In this document: positions 54,424-64,000 of the stretch, piece after piece
How positions within the stretch are numbered: position 1 is the stretch's first letter
How the letters are laid out: the number at the start of each line of letters is the position of its first letter
NCBI GenBank assembly: GCA_963763775.1
Contig: CAVXPZ010000001.1
Span: 1,376,001-1,440,000 of the forward strand
Direction: 5' to 3'
Source of the DNA: an uncultured Chloroflexia bacterium
GTDB taxonomy: Bacteria > Chloroflexota > Limnocylindria > Limnocylindrales > CSP1-4
Length of the DNA stretch: 64,000 nucleotides
The notes under the pieces: model-generated
Told to the model about the DNA's origin: nothing
Database searches by the model: none
The model's input: the letters and a program-made list of their open reading frames with translations, nothing else
Translations under genes and position numbers: made by a program

Positions 54424-55683
54424 GCGATCACGATCGCCTGCCGGCCATCGAGGGGGCTCTCCGGGCGGCCGCGCGCCGGTTCGGGACGCCGGTCTTCGTG
54501 ACGGACCTCGCGACCCTCGACGGGGCCGCGTCCGCCGTCCGGGACGCCTTCCCGGATCCATGGGTCCGGCAGTACTCGGTCAAGGCCAACGACGTGCCGG
54601 CGGTCATCAGCGCCGTCGCGACGCGCGGCTTCGGCGCGAACGTCGTCTCGCGCGGCGAATGGACGCTCGCGCGGCGCGCGGGCATCGCGGACGACCGGAT
54701 CTCGCTCGAGGGCATCGGCAAGACGCCGGCCGACCTGCGCGCGGCGGTGCGGGCCGCGGCGTCCGGCACGCCGCTGCGCTGGGTCGCGATCGAGTCGCCG
54801 GAGGAGGCGGCGGCGCTCGCGAGGCTCGTGCGCCGGGCGGGCGGTGGCCTCCGACTCGACGTCCTGTACCGGCTCAACCCGGACGTCGCACCCGAGACCC
54901 TCGCCGAGTTGGCCGTGGGCGCCGGCACGTCCAAGTTCGGGATGACCGAGACCGAGATCGCCGAGGCCATCGAGGCGAGCGGCGGCCCCGACGGCCCGCT
55001 GCGGCCGCGCGGCATCCATCTGCACGTCGGGTCCCAGCTGGGCGCGGTGGACGCGTGGCGCGACGCCGTGCGTCGCGCGCTCGCGGTCACGGCCCTCTGG
55101 CGGGGCTCGATCGACACGTTCGACACGCTGGACGTCGGCGGCGGGTTCCCGGTCCGTCCGCTCGGCGAGCCGTCGCCGGCGCCGGAGCGATTCGCCCGCG
55201 AGCTGCCGGCGCTCCTCGACGCCATCCCCGCCGATCGGCGGCCGACCCGCCTGGCGATCGAGCCCGGTCGGGCGCTCGTCGCCCGTGCCGGCTGGCTCGT
55301 CGCCCGCGTCCTCCACGCGCGGGAGCGCGCCGGACGCCAGGTCGTCCTCGACGCCGGGATGACCGAGCTGATCCGGCCCGCCCTGTACGGGGCAAGGCAT
55401 CCGGTCCGGGCGCTGGTCGCGGCCCCGTCCCGGGGTCGCCGGGCGGCCCCGGACGGCGACGTCGGCCCCACGCGCGTCGAGGGTCCCGATCTGCGAGTCC
55501 ACCGACTCGCTCGGGGTGCACGACCTGCCGCCGCTCCGTCGCGGCGACCTGGTCGCCATCGCGGACGCCGGCGCCTACGCTGCGTCGCTCGGGTCCGCGT
55601 ACAACGGCCGGCCGCGGCCACCCCAGGTCCTCCTCGCGCCCGACGGCACGCTCATCCTCGGTCGCGCGCGGCGCTCTGTCTGA
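54420..55683 (+). CDS. lysA: Diaminopimelate decarboxylase-like PLP enzyme, indel near 55485
   Basis: FGTP.FV.D, YSVKAN, SKFG, HLHVGSQ, DVGGGF, EPGR, RPALY, GPICESTD, DAGAY...YN.RPR; start codon uncertain (frame open from CTG54420). Confidence 0.82.
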
Positions 55684-55753
55684 GCTCCTGCGCCACGCAC
55701 CGTGGCCTCGAGGGCGCTCGTGGACGCGACCGCGCGTCGGCTATCGTTCGGGC

Positions 55754-57684
55754 ATGGAGACGAGGCAGCGGTTCCGCGAGCGACTGGCCGGACGGCCCGT
55801 TGCTGGGCGACGGCGCGATGGGCACGCTCCTCTTCTCGCGCGGCATCCCCCAGCGTGCGAACCTCGACGAGCTGGTCGCGACACGACCCGACCTCATCGG
55901 CGCCGTCCATCGCGAGTACCTGACGGCCGGCTCGGACATCATCGAGTCCGCCACGTTCGGGGCGAACCGGGCCCGTCTCGCGCCGTTCGGACTCGGCGAC
56001 CAGGCCGGCAAGCTGGCCCGGCGCGGCGCGCAGCTCGCCCGCGAGGCCCGCGACGTCGCCGGCCGCGACGTCCTCGTCGCGGGCTCGGTCGGTCCGCTCG
56101 GCGCCCCCACCCGGGAGCTGGTCCACCTCGACGACGCGACCGTGCGGGCCACGTTCCGCGAGACCATCGACGGCCTGCTCGAAGGCGGCGTGGACCTGTT
56201 CTGGTTCGAGACCTTCTCGTCCGTGGAGCATCTCCGGATCGCGGTCGAGGAAGCGAAGGCCGCGGCCGACCTGCCGATCGTGGCCTTGCTCACGTTCGGC
56301 GAGGAACTGGAGCTGCCCGACGGCACGACGCCCGGCGCCGCGGCCACCGCGCTCGCGTCGCTCGAGGTGGACGTCGTCGGCATCAACTGCGGCGCCGGTC
56401 CACGCGGGTGCCTCGACGCGCTCGTCGCGATGGGCGGCGCCGGCCACGCGATCCTGCCGAACGCCGGCCTGCCGCAGCGCGTCGAAGGACAGTTCGTCTA
56501 CGCCGCCGGGCCCGCCTACCTCGCGGACATGACGCCGCGCTTCGTGGACGCCGGGGCCGCGATCATCGGCGGCTGCTGCGGGACCACGCCCGAGCACATC
56601 GCGGCGATGCGGACCGCCATCGATGCCGTCGCGCACGGCCGCGGGCGCCGGCCCCGCGGCCGGGGCGTCAGAGGCCGTCACGACCTCCACCGTCGTCCGC
56701 CGGCCGGCGACGGTCGCCAGCCACGACGGCCCCGCGACGCCCGATGCGCCGCCGCCCACCGGCCTCCTCCGCGCCCTCCGGGCGGAGCGGTTCGTCATCT
56801 CCGTGGAGATCGACCCGCCGCGGTCGGTCCGCATCGAGCGGACCATCGAGGCCGCCCGGCTCCTCCAGTCGGCCGGCGTCGACGCCGTCAACATCAGCGA
56901 CTCGGCGATGGCCCGCGTCCGGATGGGCGCGATGGCCGTGGCGTTCGGGATCCAGCACGACCTCGACCTGGAGTGCGTCGTCCACACGACGACCCGCGAC
57001 CGGAACCTCATGGCGCTCGAGTCCGAGCTCCTCGGGGCGCACGCCCTCGGCGTCCGCAACATCCTGGCGCTGACCGGCGACCCGCCCCGCGTCGGCGACT
57101 ACCCGTCGGGGACGGGCGTCTGGGACGTCGACTCGATCGGACTCGTCGAGATCCTCGCCCGCCTCAACCGCGGCGAGGACGGGGCCGGCAGCCCGATCGG
57201 CGCGCCGGCCGGGTTCACCATCGCGTGCGCGCTGGACCCGACCGCCGTCGACGCGGCCACCGAATGGGACCGGCTCGAGCGCAAGATCGCCGCGGGCGCG
57301 CACCTCGTGATGACCCAGCCGCTCTATGACGTCGCCCAGGTGGAGGCGATGGACCGGGAGTCCCGGCGACGGTTCGGGCCGGCCGGCTTCCCGATCCCGG
57401 TCCTCCTCGGCGTCCTGCCGTTGCAGAGCACCCGCCACGCCGAGTTCCTCCACAACGAGGTCCCGGGGATCACCATCCCGGACGCGACCCGCGCTGCGCT
57501 GCGCGACGCCGGCGAGCGCGGGGCGGAGGTGGGCCTCGAGCTGACGCTCGACCTGCTCGAGCAGGTGGACTCGCTCGTCGCCGGGACCTACGTCATGCCC
57601 AGCTTCGGCCGCTACGAGCAGGCCGCCGAGCTGGTCCGCCGACTGCGTGCCCGCCACACGCCCGCCCTGGAGGCCACCCGATGA
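55754..57684 (+). CDS. Bifunctional homocysteine S-methyltransferase / methylenetetrahydrofolate reductase (YitJ-like), indels near 55790 and 56640
   Basis: DGAMGT, GINC, PNAG.P, GGCCGTTPEHI; then VEIDPP, RDRNL, LTGDP, TQPLYD, FLHNEVPGI. Confidence 0.9.
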
Positions 57685-59417
57685 CCACCGGCCGCGTCCT
57701 GCGGATCCTCGCCGTGATCGCCCTCTGGCTCGTCGCCGCGGCGCCGATCGCCGCCGCCGGCCCCGAGCCGCCCGGTCCACCGTTCCCGGACCCGGTCGTC
57801 AACCAGGCCGTCTACGACCAGGCCGGGATCTTCAGCGCCGACGCCATCGCGAAGGCCGAGACGACCATCGACGCCATCGAGGCACGGACCGGCGCCGAGG
57901 TGGTCGTCTACACGCAGCCGACGGGGACCTACGCCAACGACACCGACGTGACCGCGTCCCGCGCGCTGGCCCTCATCGACCAGTGGGGGATCGGCCGCAA
58001 GGGCTTCGACGACGGGATGGTCATCTTCTTCGACATGGACCCGACCAACGAGCACGGCCAGATCCAGCTGTACGCCGCGCCGGGATTCGAGAAGGCCTAC
58101 CTCAGCAACAGCGAGCGGCAGGCGATCTACGAGAACGACATGCTGCCGTACCTTGGCCACGGCGACTTCGACGGCGCCCTCGCCGTGGCGCTCGAGAAGA
58201 TCGACGCGGCAGCCACGCCCGAGCACGCCGCCGCGCTCGACCAGGCACGCCAGGCCAACGCGGTCCTGGGTCTGGTCGGGGCGCCGATCATCTTCCTCGG
58301 CCTGTCGGGATGGGCGTTCTTCAACTGGCGCCGCTACGGCAAGGACCCGGTCTACCTCGACGACCCGTCCATCCTGATGCCCGCGCCGCCGCCCGATCTC
58401 ACGGCCGCCTCGGGGGCGATGGTCATGGACGGCAAGACCTCGCGACGGGCGCTGACGACCGCCATGCTCGACCTCGCGAGCCGCGGCCTCGTCTCGTTCC
58501 GCGAGGAGAAGGGGCTGCTGAGCCACAAGGTCGGCATCGACGTCGAGCCACCGGCCGGCGACGACGCGGTCGAGGCCCAGCGCCGACTCAACAGCCGCCG
58601 GCCCACCGGCCCGGCCGAGGACGTCGCCCTCCGCAAGCTCGAGACGCTCAGCCACGGCGATACGGAGGGCTACATCAGCGCGGACGAGCTGCCGAAGTTC
58701 GGCACGAGCGTGGCCGCGTTCGACAAGGCGCTCGAGGACCATGTCGTCGACAAGGGCTGGTTCGGCGAGAAGCCGAGCAAGGTCGTGTCGCGCTGGGTCG
58801 GCCGCGGCGTCCTGGCGATCATCGCCGGGGTCATCGCGTTGATCGTCGGTCTGAACGTGCCGGCGTCGGGCCTCGTCCTTCTCGGTGGGGCCGCGATCGC
58901 GGGCGGGATCGTCGTCTGCATGTTCGCGGGCGCGATGCCCGCGGTCACGATGGCGGGTGCCGTCATCCGGGCGATGCTCCACGCGTACAAGCGGACCCTC
59001 CAGAAGACCATGGAGCAGGCGCGCTCCATGGAGCAGGTCGTCAAGGAGTCCGGGCTCACGTGGCTCGAGACCCCCGACCAGGCCGTCGTCTGGGGCACGG
59101 CCCTCGGTCTCCAGAGCGAGATCGAAGGCGTCCTGGCGCGCAGCCTCGAGGACGTGCGACAGGGTTCGAATGCCGGCGGTGGGTTGCCGTACTTCCCGAT
59201 GTGGTACACGACCTCGAGCGGCTCCTCGTTCGCGTCCGGGATCGCGAGCGGGAGCGGTGGGAGCCTCTTCTCCGACTCACCGATCCCGGATCTCGGCGGC
59301 ATGATGTCGGCGCTCGGGACGATCGGGAACTCGCCGTCCTCGTCCGGTGGCGGCGGTGGCGGGTTCGGCGGTGGTGGCGGAGGCGGTGGCGGAGGCGGTG
59401 CGGGCGGCGGCTTCTAG
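57681..59417 (+). CDS. TPM-domain membrane protein with DUF2207-like C-terminus and Gly-rich tail
   Basis: Signal peptide, VYDQAGIFS...WGIGRKGFDDG, TM helices, LDLASRG, terminal GGGFGGGGGGGGGGGAGGGF. Confidence 0.82.
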   Translation: MTTGRVLRILAVIALWLVAAAPIAAAGPEPPGPPFPDPVVNQAVYDQAGIFSADAIAKAETTIDAIEARTGAEVVVYTQPTGTYANDTDVTASRALALIDQWGIGRKGFDDGMVIFFDMDPTNEHGQIQLYAAPGFEKAYLSNSERQAIYENDMLPYLGHGDFDGALAVALEKIDAAATPEHAAALDQARQANAVLGLVGAPIIFLGLSGWAFFNWRRYGKDPVYLDDPSILMPAPPPDLTAASGAMVMDGKTSRRALTTAMLDLASRGLVSFREEKGLLSHKVGIDVEPPAGDDAVEAQRRLNSRRPTGPAEDVALRKLETLSHGDTEGYISADELPKFGTSVAAFDKALEDHVVDKGWFGEKPSKVVSRWVGRGVLAIIAGVIALIVGLNVPASGLVLLGGAAIAGGIVVCMFAGAMPAVTMAGAVIRAMLHAYKRTLQKTMEQARSMEQVVKESGLTWLETPDQAVVWGTALGLQSEIEGVLARSLEDVRQGSNAGGGLPYFPMWYTTSSGSSFASGIASGSGGSLFSDSPIPDLGGMMSALGTIGNSPSSSGGGGGGFGGGGGGGGGGGAGGGF

Positions 59418-59438
59418 GGGGGTCGCCGAGCCCGAGAG

Positions 59439-59617
59439 CCGGGTGCCGCGGTCGGCTGGTCGGCGGGCAACTGCCAGTACCCCTTCCGCGATATCCGAGC
59501 GCGGTCCCTGGCCCGAAACGACGTCGACCGGTCGATACCGCGCCGATCCTCGAGGGAGCTATCCCGATCCGGGTACCGGCAGTACCGGCGCCGACCTGGC
59601 GCGACTCGCGCTGCCGG
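59439..59617. ncRNA. Candidate 6S-like structured RNA (long hairpin with central bubble)
   Basis: Nested helices 59458-65/59589-96, 59470-82/59571-83 and 59499-505/59537-43 around an asymmetric bubble; about 179 nt; strand unresolved. Confidence 0.5.
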
Positions 59618-59618
59618 A

Positions 59619-60324
59619 TCAGGCGCCGAAGAGCTCCCGGCACGCGTCGAGGCCGTCGATCGTGACCGGCGGGCGGGGCCTGGCGCGCCACTGGACGTCC
59701 GTCATGTCGAACCGCTGCATCTCGCGCGAGACGCCCTCGGGCGCGGATCGGTCGCGCCCGTTCTCGACGTAGCCGAGCGACCGGGAGACGGCGTTGGACG
59801 CCGCGTTGTCGAGGTACGCCATGGTCTCGGCGACGCGCGCGCCGAGCCCGTCGAACGCGAACGCGAGCACGGCCGCCCGCATCTCCTTCCCGAACCCGCG
59901 GCCCTGGAACGCCTGACCCAGCCACGACCCGGTGTTGACGGTCCGATGGACCGCGAACCGCGTGGCCATGAGCGACTGCGTCCCGATGGGCTCGTCATCG
60001 AGGAGCGTGACGAGGTGGAGCGCCCACGCGTCCGGCTGCCACGTCGCGCGGCCCGCCCAGTGGATACTGGATGAACCCCCGCTCGAACTCGGGGCTCGGC
60101 GTTCGGGTCCAGGCGACCCCGAACGGCATCTCGTCCGGCGGATGGATCCCGGCCTTCGCCAGTCCGATCATCTCGGCGATCTCGTCGTCGCTCGGGAGGC
60201 GCAGCACGAGTCGCTCGCTGCGGATCCGGAGTCCGAAGAGCGGCCAGACATCCTCGAGGCTCGGCCGAGGCGAGGCGGCCGTCGCGGCGTCCTCAGCGGT
60301 CCGGGCAGGGTCGTCGGCGCTCAT
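59619..60324 (-). CDS. GNAT acyltransferase (Rv0802c-like), indel near 60065
   Basis: WPLFGLRI...L.LRLP, GIHPPDEMPF..W, V.TGSWLG..FQGRG.GKEMR, DNAAS..VSRSLGY. Confidence 0.85.
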
Positions 60325-60349
60325 GGTCACGCGACGCTACACTCCGGCC

Positions 60350-60679
60350 ATGGGTGCTGTCGAGACGATGGAAGAGTTCTTCGAGAAGCTGAACGGGGGC
60401 GACCGCGAGGGCGCCGTCGCGCTCATGGATGAGATGACCGAGATGCGCGTGCACGTCGGTGACAGCGTCCAGACGCTCCGCGGTGTGGAGCGGGTCGGCG
60501 GATGGTTCCTCCGTGGGGACACGGGGCTTCGGATGATCCCTGGCGGGATCCGCGATACCGGCAACACCTACGAGGCGGACCTGCTGGTCGTTCGACCCGG
60601 GGCGCCCACACAGCACATCGACGCCACATTCCGCGTCGAGGCCGGGAAGATCACCGCGATCAACATCGCGCCTCGCTAG
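60350..60679 (+). CDS. SnoaL/NTF2-like small protein
   Basis: EEFFEKLNGGDREGAVALM...LRG.E...FRVEAGKIT pattern; TACACT 6 nt upstream. Confidence 0.6.
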   Translation: MGAVETMEEFFEKLNGGDREGAVALMDEMTEMRVHVGDSVQTLRGVERVGGWFLRGDTGLRMIPGGIRDTGNTYEADLLVVRPGAPTQHIDATFRVEAGKITAINIAPR

Positions 60680-60740
60680 GACGGGCGCGGCGCCATCTCG
60701 GCACCTGCCCGCCGTGACGGCCGGCGGACGACCTTCTGGT

Positions 60741-62048
60741 CTACGGCGCGGGTGACGCCGACTCGGCCGACGGGGACGACGCTCCCGGGTCCGTGATCTC
60801 GTCCTGGACCTTGGCCGGGATGACGATCTCCTGGCCCACCCTGATCTTGTCGGCATTCTTGATCGTGGCCTTGTTCGCCGCGAGCAGCTGCTCGATCGTG
60901 ATCCCGTTCTTCTTGGCGATCTTGAGCAGCGTGTCGCCCTTCTTGATGATGTAGGTCTGTTGGGTGGGCGCCGGGATGGGCGTGTCCGACGGCTCGGCCG
61001 TGACGGACGCCGTGGACGACGGGCTCGCGCTGGCGCCGGCCCCACCGCCGTCGTCGCCACCGCCGATGTGCAGCAGGTCCGGCAGGAAGAACAGCGCGAC
61101 CGCAGCGATCAGCACGGCGGCCGCGATCAGGGCGATCCGGGGGATGCCCGGGAGCCCGGTCCGCGTCTTGATCGTGGGATAGGCCTCGTAACGCTTCGCG
61201 CTCTCCCAGGCAGGCCCGTCGTGATCGTGCGATCGATCCCGCGGTCGCGTGGAGCTGACCGACGGCCGCCGGCCGGACGTGGTCGTGGTCGGGTAGGCGC
61301 CGCTGGGCGGCCGCTTGATCGGTGTCGGGGCGGCCGCGGCCGCACCGACGACGACCGCCGGCGCGACGAGGCCCGCGAGGTCGTCATCCGGCCCGGCGAC
61401 CGGGGCCGGGGCGACCGGCTGTCCCGACGCAAGACGGTCCGCGGCGCTCCCCGCCAGACCCGCACCGGCCGACCGGCTGGCCAGGAACTCCGGGGGCCGG
61501 TCGCCGGTCCCACTGCCCGAGCGTCCGCCCGGGCCGCCCGCCCCGCTCGTCGTCCCGGCACCACCACCGGTCGCCCACGGCGGGGGTGCGGCCCAATCCC
61601 GGGGCGGATTGCGTTGGACGGGCTCGTCGCTGTCGGGGAGCGGCGAGGACCACAGGTCGTCATCGTCGTCGCCATCGGTCACGGCCCCGGATGACGGCTC
61701 CGGAGCAGCCGGCGTCTCGTAGACCGGCGGACCGCCCGCACGATCCTCCGCCTCATCCGGCCCGTCCACAGCGGTCGCCGCCGCCGGTGGCACCGCCGCC
61801 GCACGACCGCTCGAGCGTGCCTGCGCCGCCTCGCGGCGCGCCCAGTCCTGGAAGGTCGGGCAGACCGGGAACGCGCTCGAGAGGCAGTACGCCTCCTGGT
61901 GCGCCAGGGCGCGCGGGGCCGGCTGGACTTCCGCGAAACAGCGATGTCGATGGTCAGGGCTCGACGATCGCTCGTCCCGCTCGTCCTCGAACGCGATGAA
62001 GGGGCAAGCCGGAGGCCCGTCCGTGCCGGGCGTCCCTCGGTCGCTCAT
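60741..62048 (-). CDS. Bitopic LysM protein with N-terminal Cys/His cluster
   Basis: CPF...HRC...HQ..YCL....VCP, long Pro/Gly/Ala linker, one TM, YIIKKGDTLLKIAKKNGITIEQLLAAN...I.VGQ.I.IP. Confidence 0.88.
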   Translation of the reverse strand: MSDRGTPGTDGPPACPFIAFEDERDERSSSPDHRHRCFAEVQPAPRALAHQEAYCLSSAFPVCPTFQDWARREAAQARSSGRAAAVPPAAATAVDGPDEAEDRAGGPPVYETPAAPEPSSGAVTDGDDDDDLWSSPLPDSDEPVQRNPPRDWAAPPPWATGGGAGTTSGAGGPGGRSGSGTGDRPPEFLASRSAGAGLAGSAADRLASGQPVAPAPVAGPDDDLAGLVAPAVVVGAAAAAPTPIKRPPSGAYPTTTTSGRRPSVSSTRPRDRSHDHDGPAWESAKRYEAYPTIKTRTGLPGIPRIALIAAAVLIAAVALFFLPDLLHIGGGDDGGGAGASASPSSTASVTAEPSDTPIPAPTQQTYIIKKGDTLLKIAKKNGITIEQLLAANKATIKNADKIRVGQEIVIPAKVQDEITDPGASSPSAESASPAP

Positions 62049-62129
62049 CGTGGCGATGATACCCGGCGCGCCGACTGGGTCGAGCCGGGAGGGATCAGAC
62101 CGCGCCACTCCGGCACGGAAAGCCGATCC

Positions 62130-64000
62130 CTACTCCCGCATCAGCATGCCGGCGGCCTCGCGCTCGAGGTCGATGTACGGCTCGCCGCTCACGTCAACGG
62201 CGACCCGGCGGATCGTCCCGCCGGTGAACGTGTATGGGCGTTCGCCGGGATAGTCCTGGGTGACAGGATCGCCGACGTCCCGGCCGACGGCCAAGCCTTC
62301 GCCGGCGATCATGTAACCGCCGGGCTGGGTCTTGATGCGTCCCTCGCCGACCTTCTTGTCGCCGTGGTACAGGGTGAGGACCCCTTCAGCGACCGGGGAC
62401 GGCCCGGTGCCCTCCTTCTCGAACGATGCCGACAGGATGAGATCCGTGCCGGTCGGCACATCGACGGTGGCGACCACCTTCTGCTCGAACATGCCGACGA
62501 AGCTGTTCACGTAGTGGAGCCGGCCGTCCTTCACATACAGGGAGTGACCGCCGAAACGCGACCCCTGTGAGAACAGCACGCCTTGTGCGCCCGGTCCGGG
62601 GATATCCACAAGCGCCCCGATGACGAATGATCGACCCCGCACGACGACCGCCTGCGCCTCGGGCACCTCGGCATGCTCCGGGAAGTACACGTAGCGGGCT
62701 CGAGGCGCCGAGAGCTGCGGCCGTGGGGCGATGAAGATCTCCAGCGCCGATCGGTCGTCGAGCGGGAAACCGTCGTTGGCGCCCGCCTCGGCGTACCACA
62801 GGTTCACCATCTCGCGGAGCTTGTCCGGCTGCTCGGCGGCAAGGTCATGGAGCTCCGAGCGGTCCACGTCCGTGTGGTAGAGCTCCCAGGCATCCTCGTT
62901 GAAATGGCTCCAGCCACTGATCGTCGGGTGGGTCGTGATCGCCTTCCAGCCCTCGTGCCAGATGCCGCGGGAGCCGAGCATCGAGTAGAACTGGGTATGC
63001 CGGGCGCCGGGCGCGGCGGCGTCGTCGAAGCTGTAGCGCATGCTCACGCCGTCGAAGTGGCTCTGCGCGTGGCCCTTGATCTTCTCCGGCGCGGCCACCC
63101 CGAGCGCGTCGAGCACCGTCGGGACGAGATCGATCGCGTGGTGGTATTGCGTCCGGATCTCGCCCTTCGACTTGATGCCGGCCGGCCAGGAGATGACGCA
63201 CGGGTCGCTGGTCCCGCCGTTGAACTCGTAGCGCTTCCACATCTTGAACGGCGTGTTGAACGCCATCGCCCAGCCGTTGGGATAGTGGTTGTAGGTCTTC
63301 GGGCTGCCGAGCTCGTCGATCATGGCCAGATTGGCCTTGATGTCGTCCGGGATGCCGTTCGCGAACAACATCTCGTTCACCGAGCCGTCCGGCCCGCCCT
63401 CGCCACTCGCGCCGTTGTCCGACACGACGATGATCATCGTGTTCTCACGCTGGCCCGTCATCTCGAGGTAGTCGAGCAAGCGCCCGACCTGGTGGTCGGC
63501 ATGGGACAGGAACCCGGCATAGACCTCGGCCATCCGGGCGAACAGCCGCTGCTCCTCGCTGGACAGGGTCGCCCACGGTCGCGTCGTGTCCATGAGCGGG
63601 AACGGCTTCCCGTCCGGGCCGGTCCGCGTCTCGGCGGTCCCGATCGGGTTGACCGAGGGCAGCTCCGTCTCCGGCGGGACGAGGCCCATCGCCTTCTGCC
63701 GGGCGAGTGTCGCCTCGCGCATCGCCTCGTAGCCCATGTCGAACTGGCCGGCGTACTTGTCTGCCCACGCCTTCGGCGAGTGATGCGGTGCATGCGCCGC
63801 GCCGGGCGCGTAGTACAGGAAGAACGGCTTGTGGGGCGCGACCGCCTTCGCGTCCATGATGAATTCGATCGCCTTGTCGGTGATGTCCTCACCGAAGTGG
63901 TAGCCCTCGTCGGGTGTCTTCGGCTGGTCCACCGGGTGGTTGTCGTAGATCAGCTCGGGGAACCACTGGCTCGTCTCGGCGCCAAGGAACCCATAGAACC
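62130..64000 (-). CDS. Arylsulfatase (AtsA-like), N-terminus outside window
   Basis: KPFFLYYAPGAAHAPH, VSDNGAS, GWAMA.NTPF..WK, H.IDL.PT, WELY....D.SE..DLA; the formylglycine motif would lie beyond 64000. Confidence 0.9.
   Translation of the reverse strand, partial: FYGFLGAETSQWFPELIYDNHPVDQPKTPDEGYHFGEDITDKAIEFIMDAKAVAPHKPFFLYYAPGAAHAPHHSPKAWADKYAGQFDMGYEAMREATLARQKAMGLVPPETELPSVNPIGTAETRTGPDGKPFPLMDTTRPWATLSSEEQRLFARMAEVYAGFLSHADHQVGRLLDYLEMTGQRENTMIIVVSDNGASGEGGPDGSVNEMLFANGIPDDIKANLAMIDELGSPKTYNHYPNGWAMAFNTPFKMWKRYEFNGGTSDPCVISWPAGIKSKGEIRTQYHHAIDLVPTVLDALGVAAPEKIKGHAQSHFDGVSMRYSFDDAAAPGARHTQFYSMLGSRGIWHEGWKAITTHPTISGWSHFNEDAWELYHTDVDRSELHDLAAEQPDKLREMVNLWYAEAGANDGFPLDDRSALEIFIAPRPQLSAPRARYVYFPEHAEVPEAQAVVVRGRSFVIGALVDIPGPGAQGVLFSQGSRFGGHSLYVKDGRLHYVNSFVGMFEQKVVATVDVPTGTDLILSASFEKEGTGPSPVAEGVLTLYHGDKKVGEGRIKTQPGGYMIAGEGLAVGRDVGDPVTQDYPGERPYTFTGGTIRRVAVDVSGEPYIDLEREAAGMLMRE

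Noticed and set aside
55684-55753. SAM riboswitch upstream of the methionine-synthesis gene
   Set aside because: The gap is only 70 bp, has no SAM-I/II/IV core, and the gene looks leaderless.
54498-57329. Apparent LysA-homocysteine methyltransferase fusion (943 aa)
   Set aside because: Two indels create the read-through; lysA has its own stop at 55683 and the next gene has its own -10 and ATG at 55754.
59344-59414. GGC/GGT repeat tract as a VNTR or CRISPR-like array
   Set aside because: It encodes the normal poly-Gly tail of TPM/DUF2207 proteins; no spacers or cas genes.

Overview
A 64 kb, very GC-rich chromosomal window. Gene content and protein style suggest Chloroflexota, possibly Limnocylindria-like, but that is an inference only. 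It holds about 55 protein genes and one tRNA-Gly(TCC); I saw no rRNA, CRISPR array, integrase or transposase. About 17 ordinary genes are split or falsely fused by single-base indels, which points to unpolished long-read errors rather than pseudogenes. Main blocks: a DosS-like GAF protein, USP and tandem HD-GYP; a class-III aminotransferase plus CoA-transferase operon; a diguanylate cyclase; class-II UvrA/AraC/VOC; fabI; an FTR1-cupredoxin fusion; a four-gene ABC operon; a Ser/Thr kinase and LAL regulator; GH3; an orphan Vsr; a lipid kinase, DSP phosphatase and flavin monooxygenase; rhlE; a non-canonical alpha-glucan cluster (glgA, glgP, two GH57, large GH13); lysA; yitJ-like; LysM; and a partial sulfatase. 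The strongest leads are: (1) a GntR gene facing an unannotated 45-aa membrane peptide, with overlapping promoters and three TGGACTA repeats, inside the glucan cluster; (2) a ~180-nt 6S-RNA-like hairpin at 59439-59617; (3) an FTR1 permease fused to a cupredoxin with a complete type-1 copper ligand set; (4) tandem DosR-like boxes; (5) a hidden 58-aa ORF next to the LAL regulator; (6) widespread leaderless gene starts.
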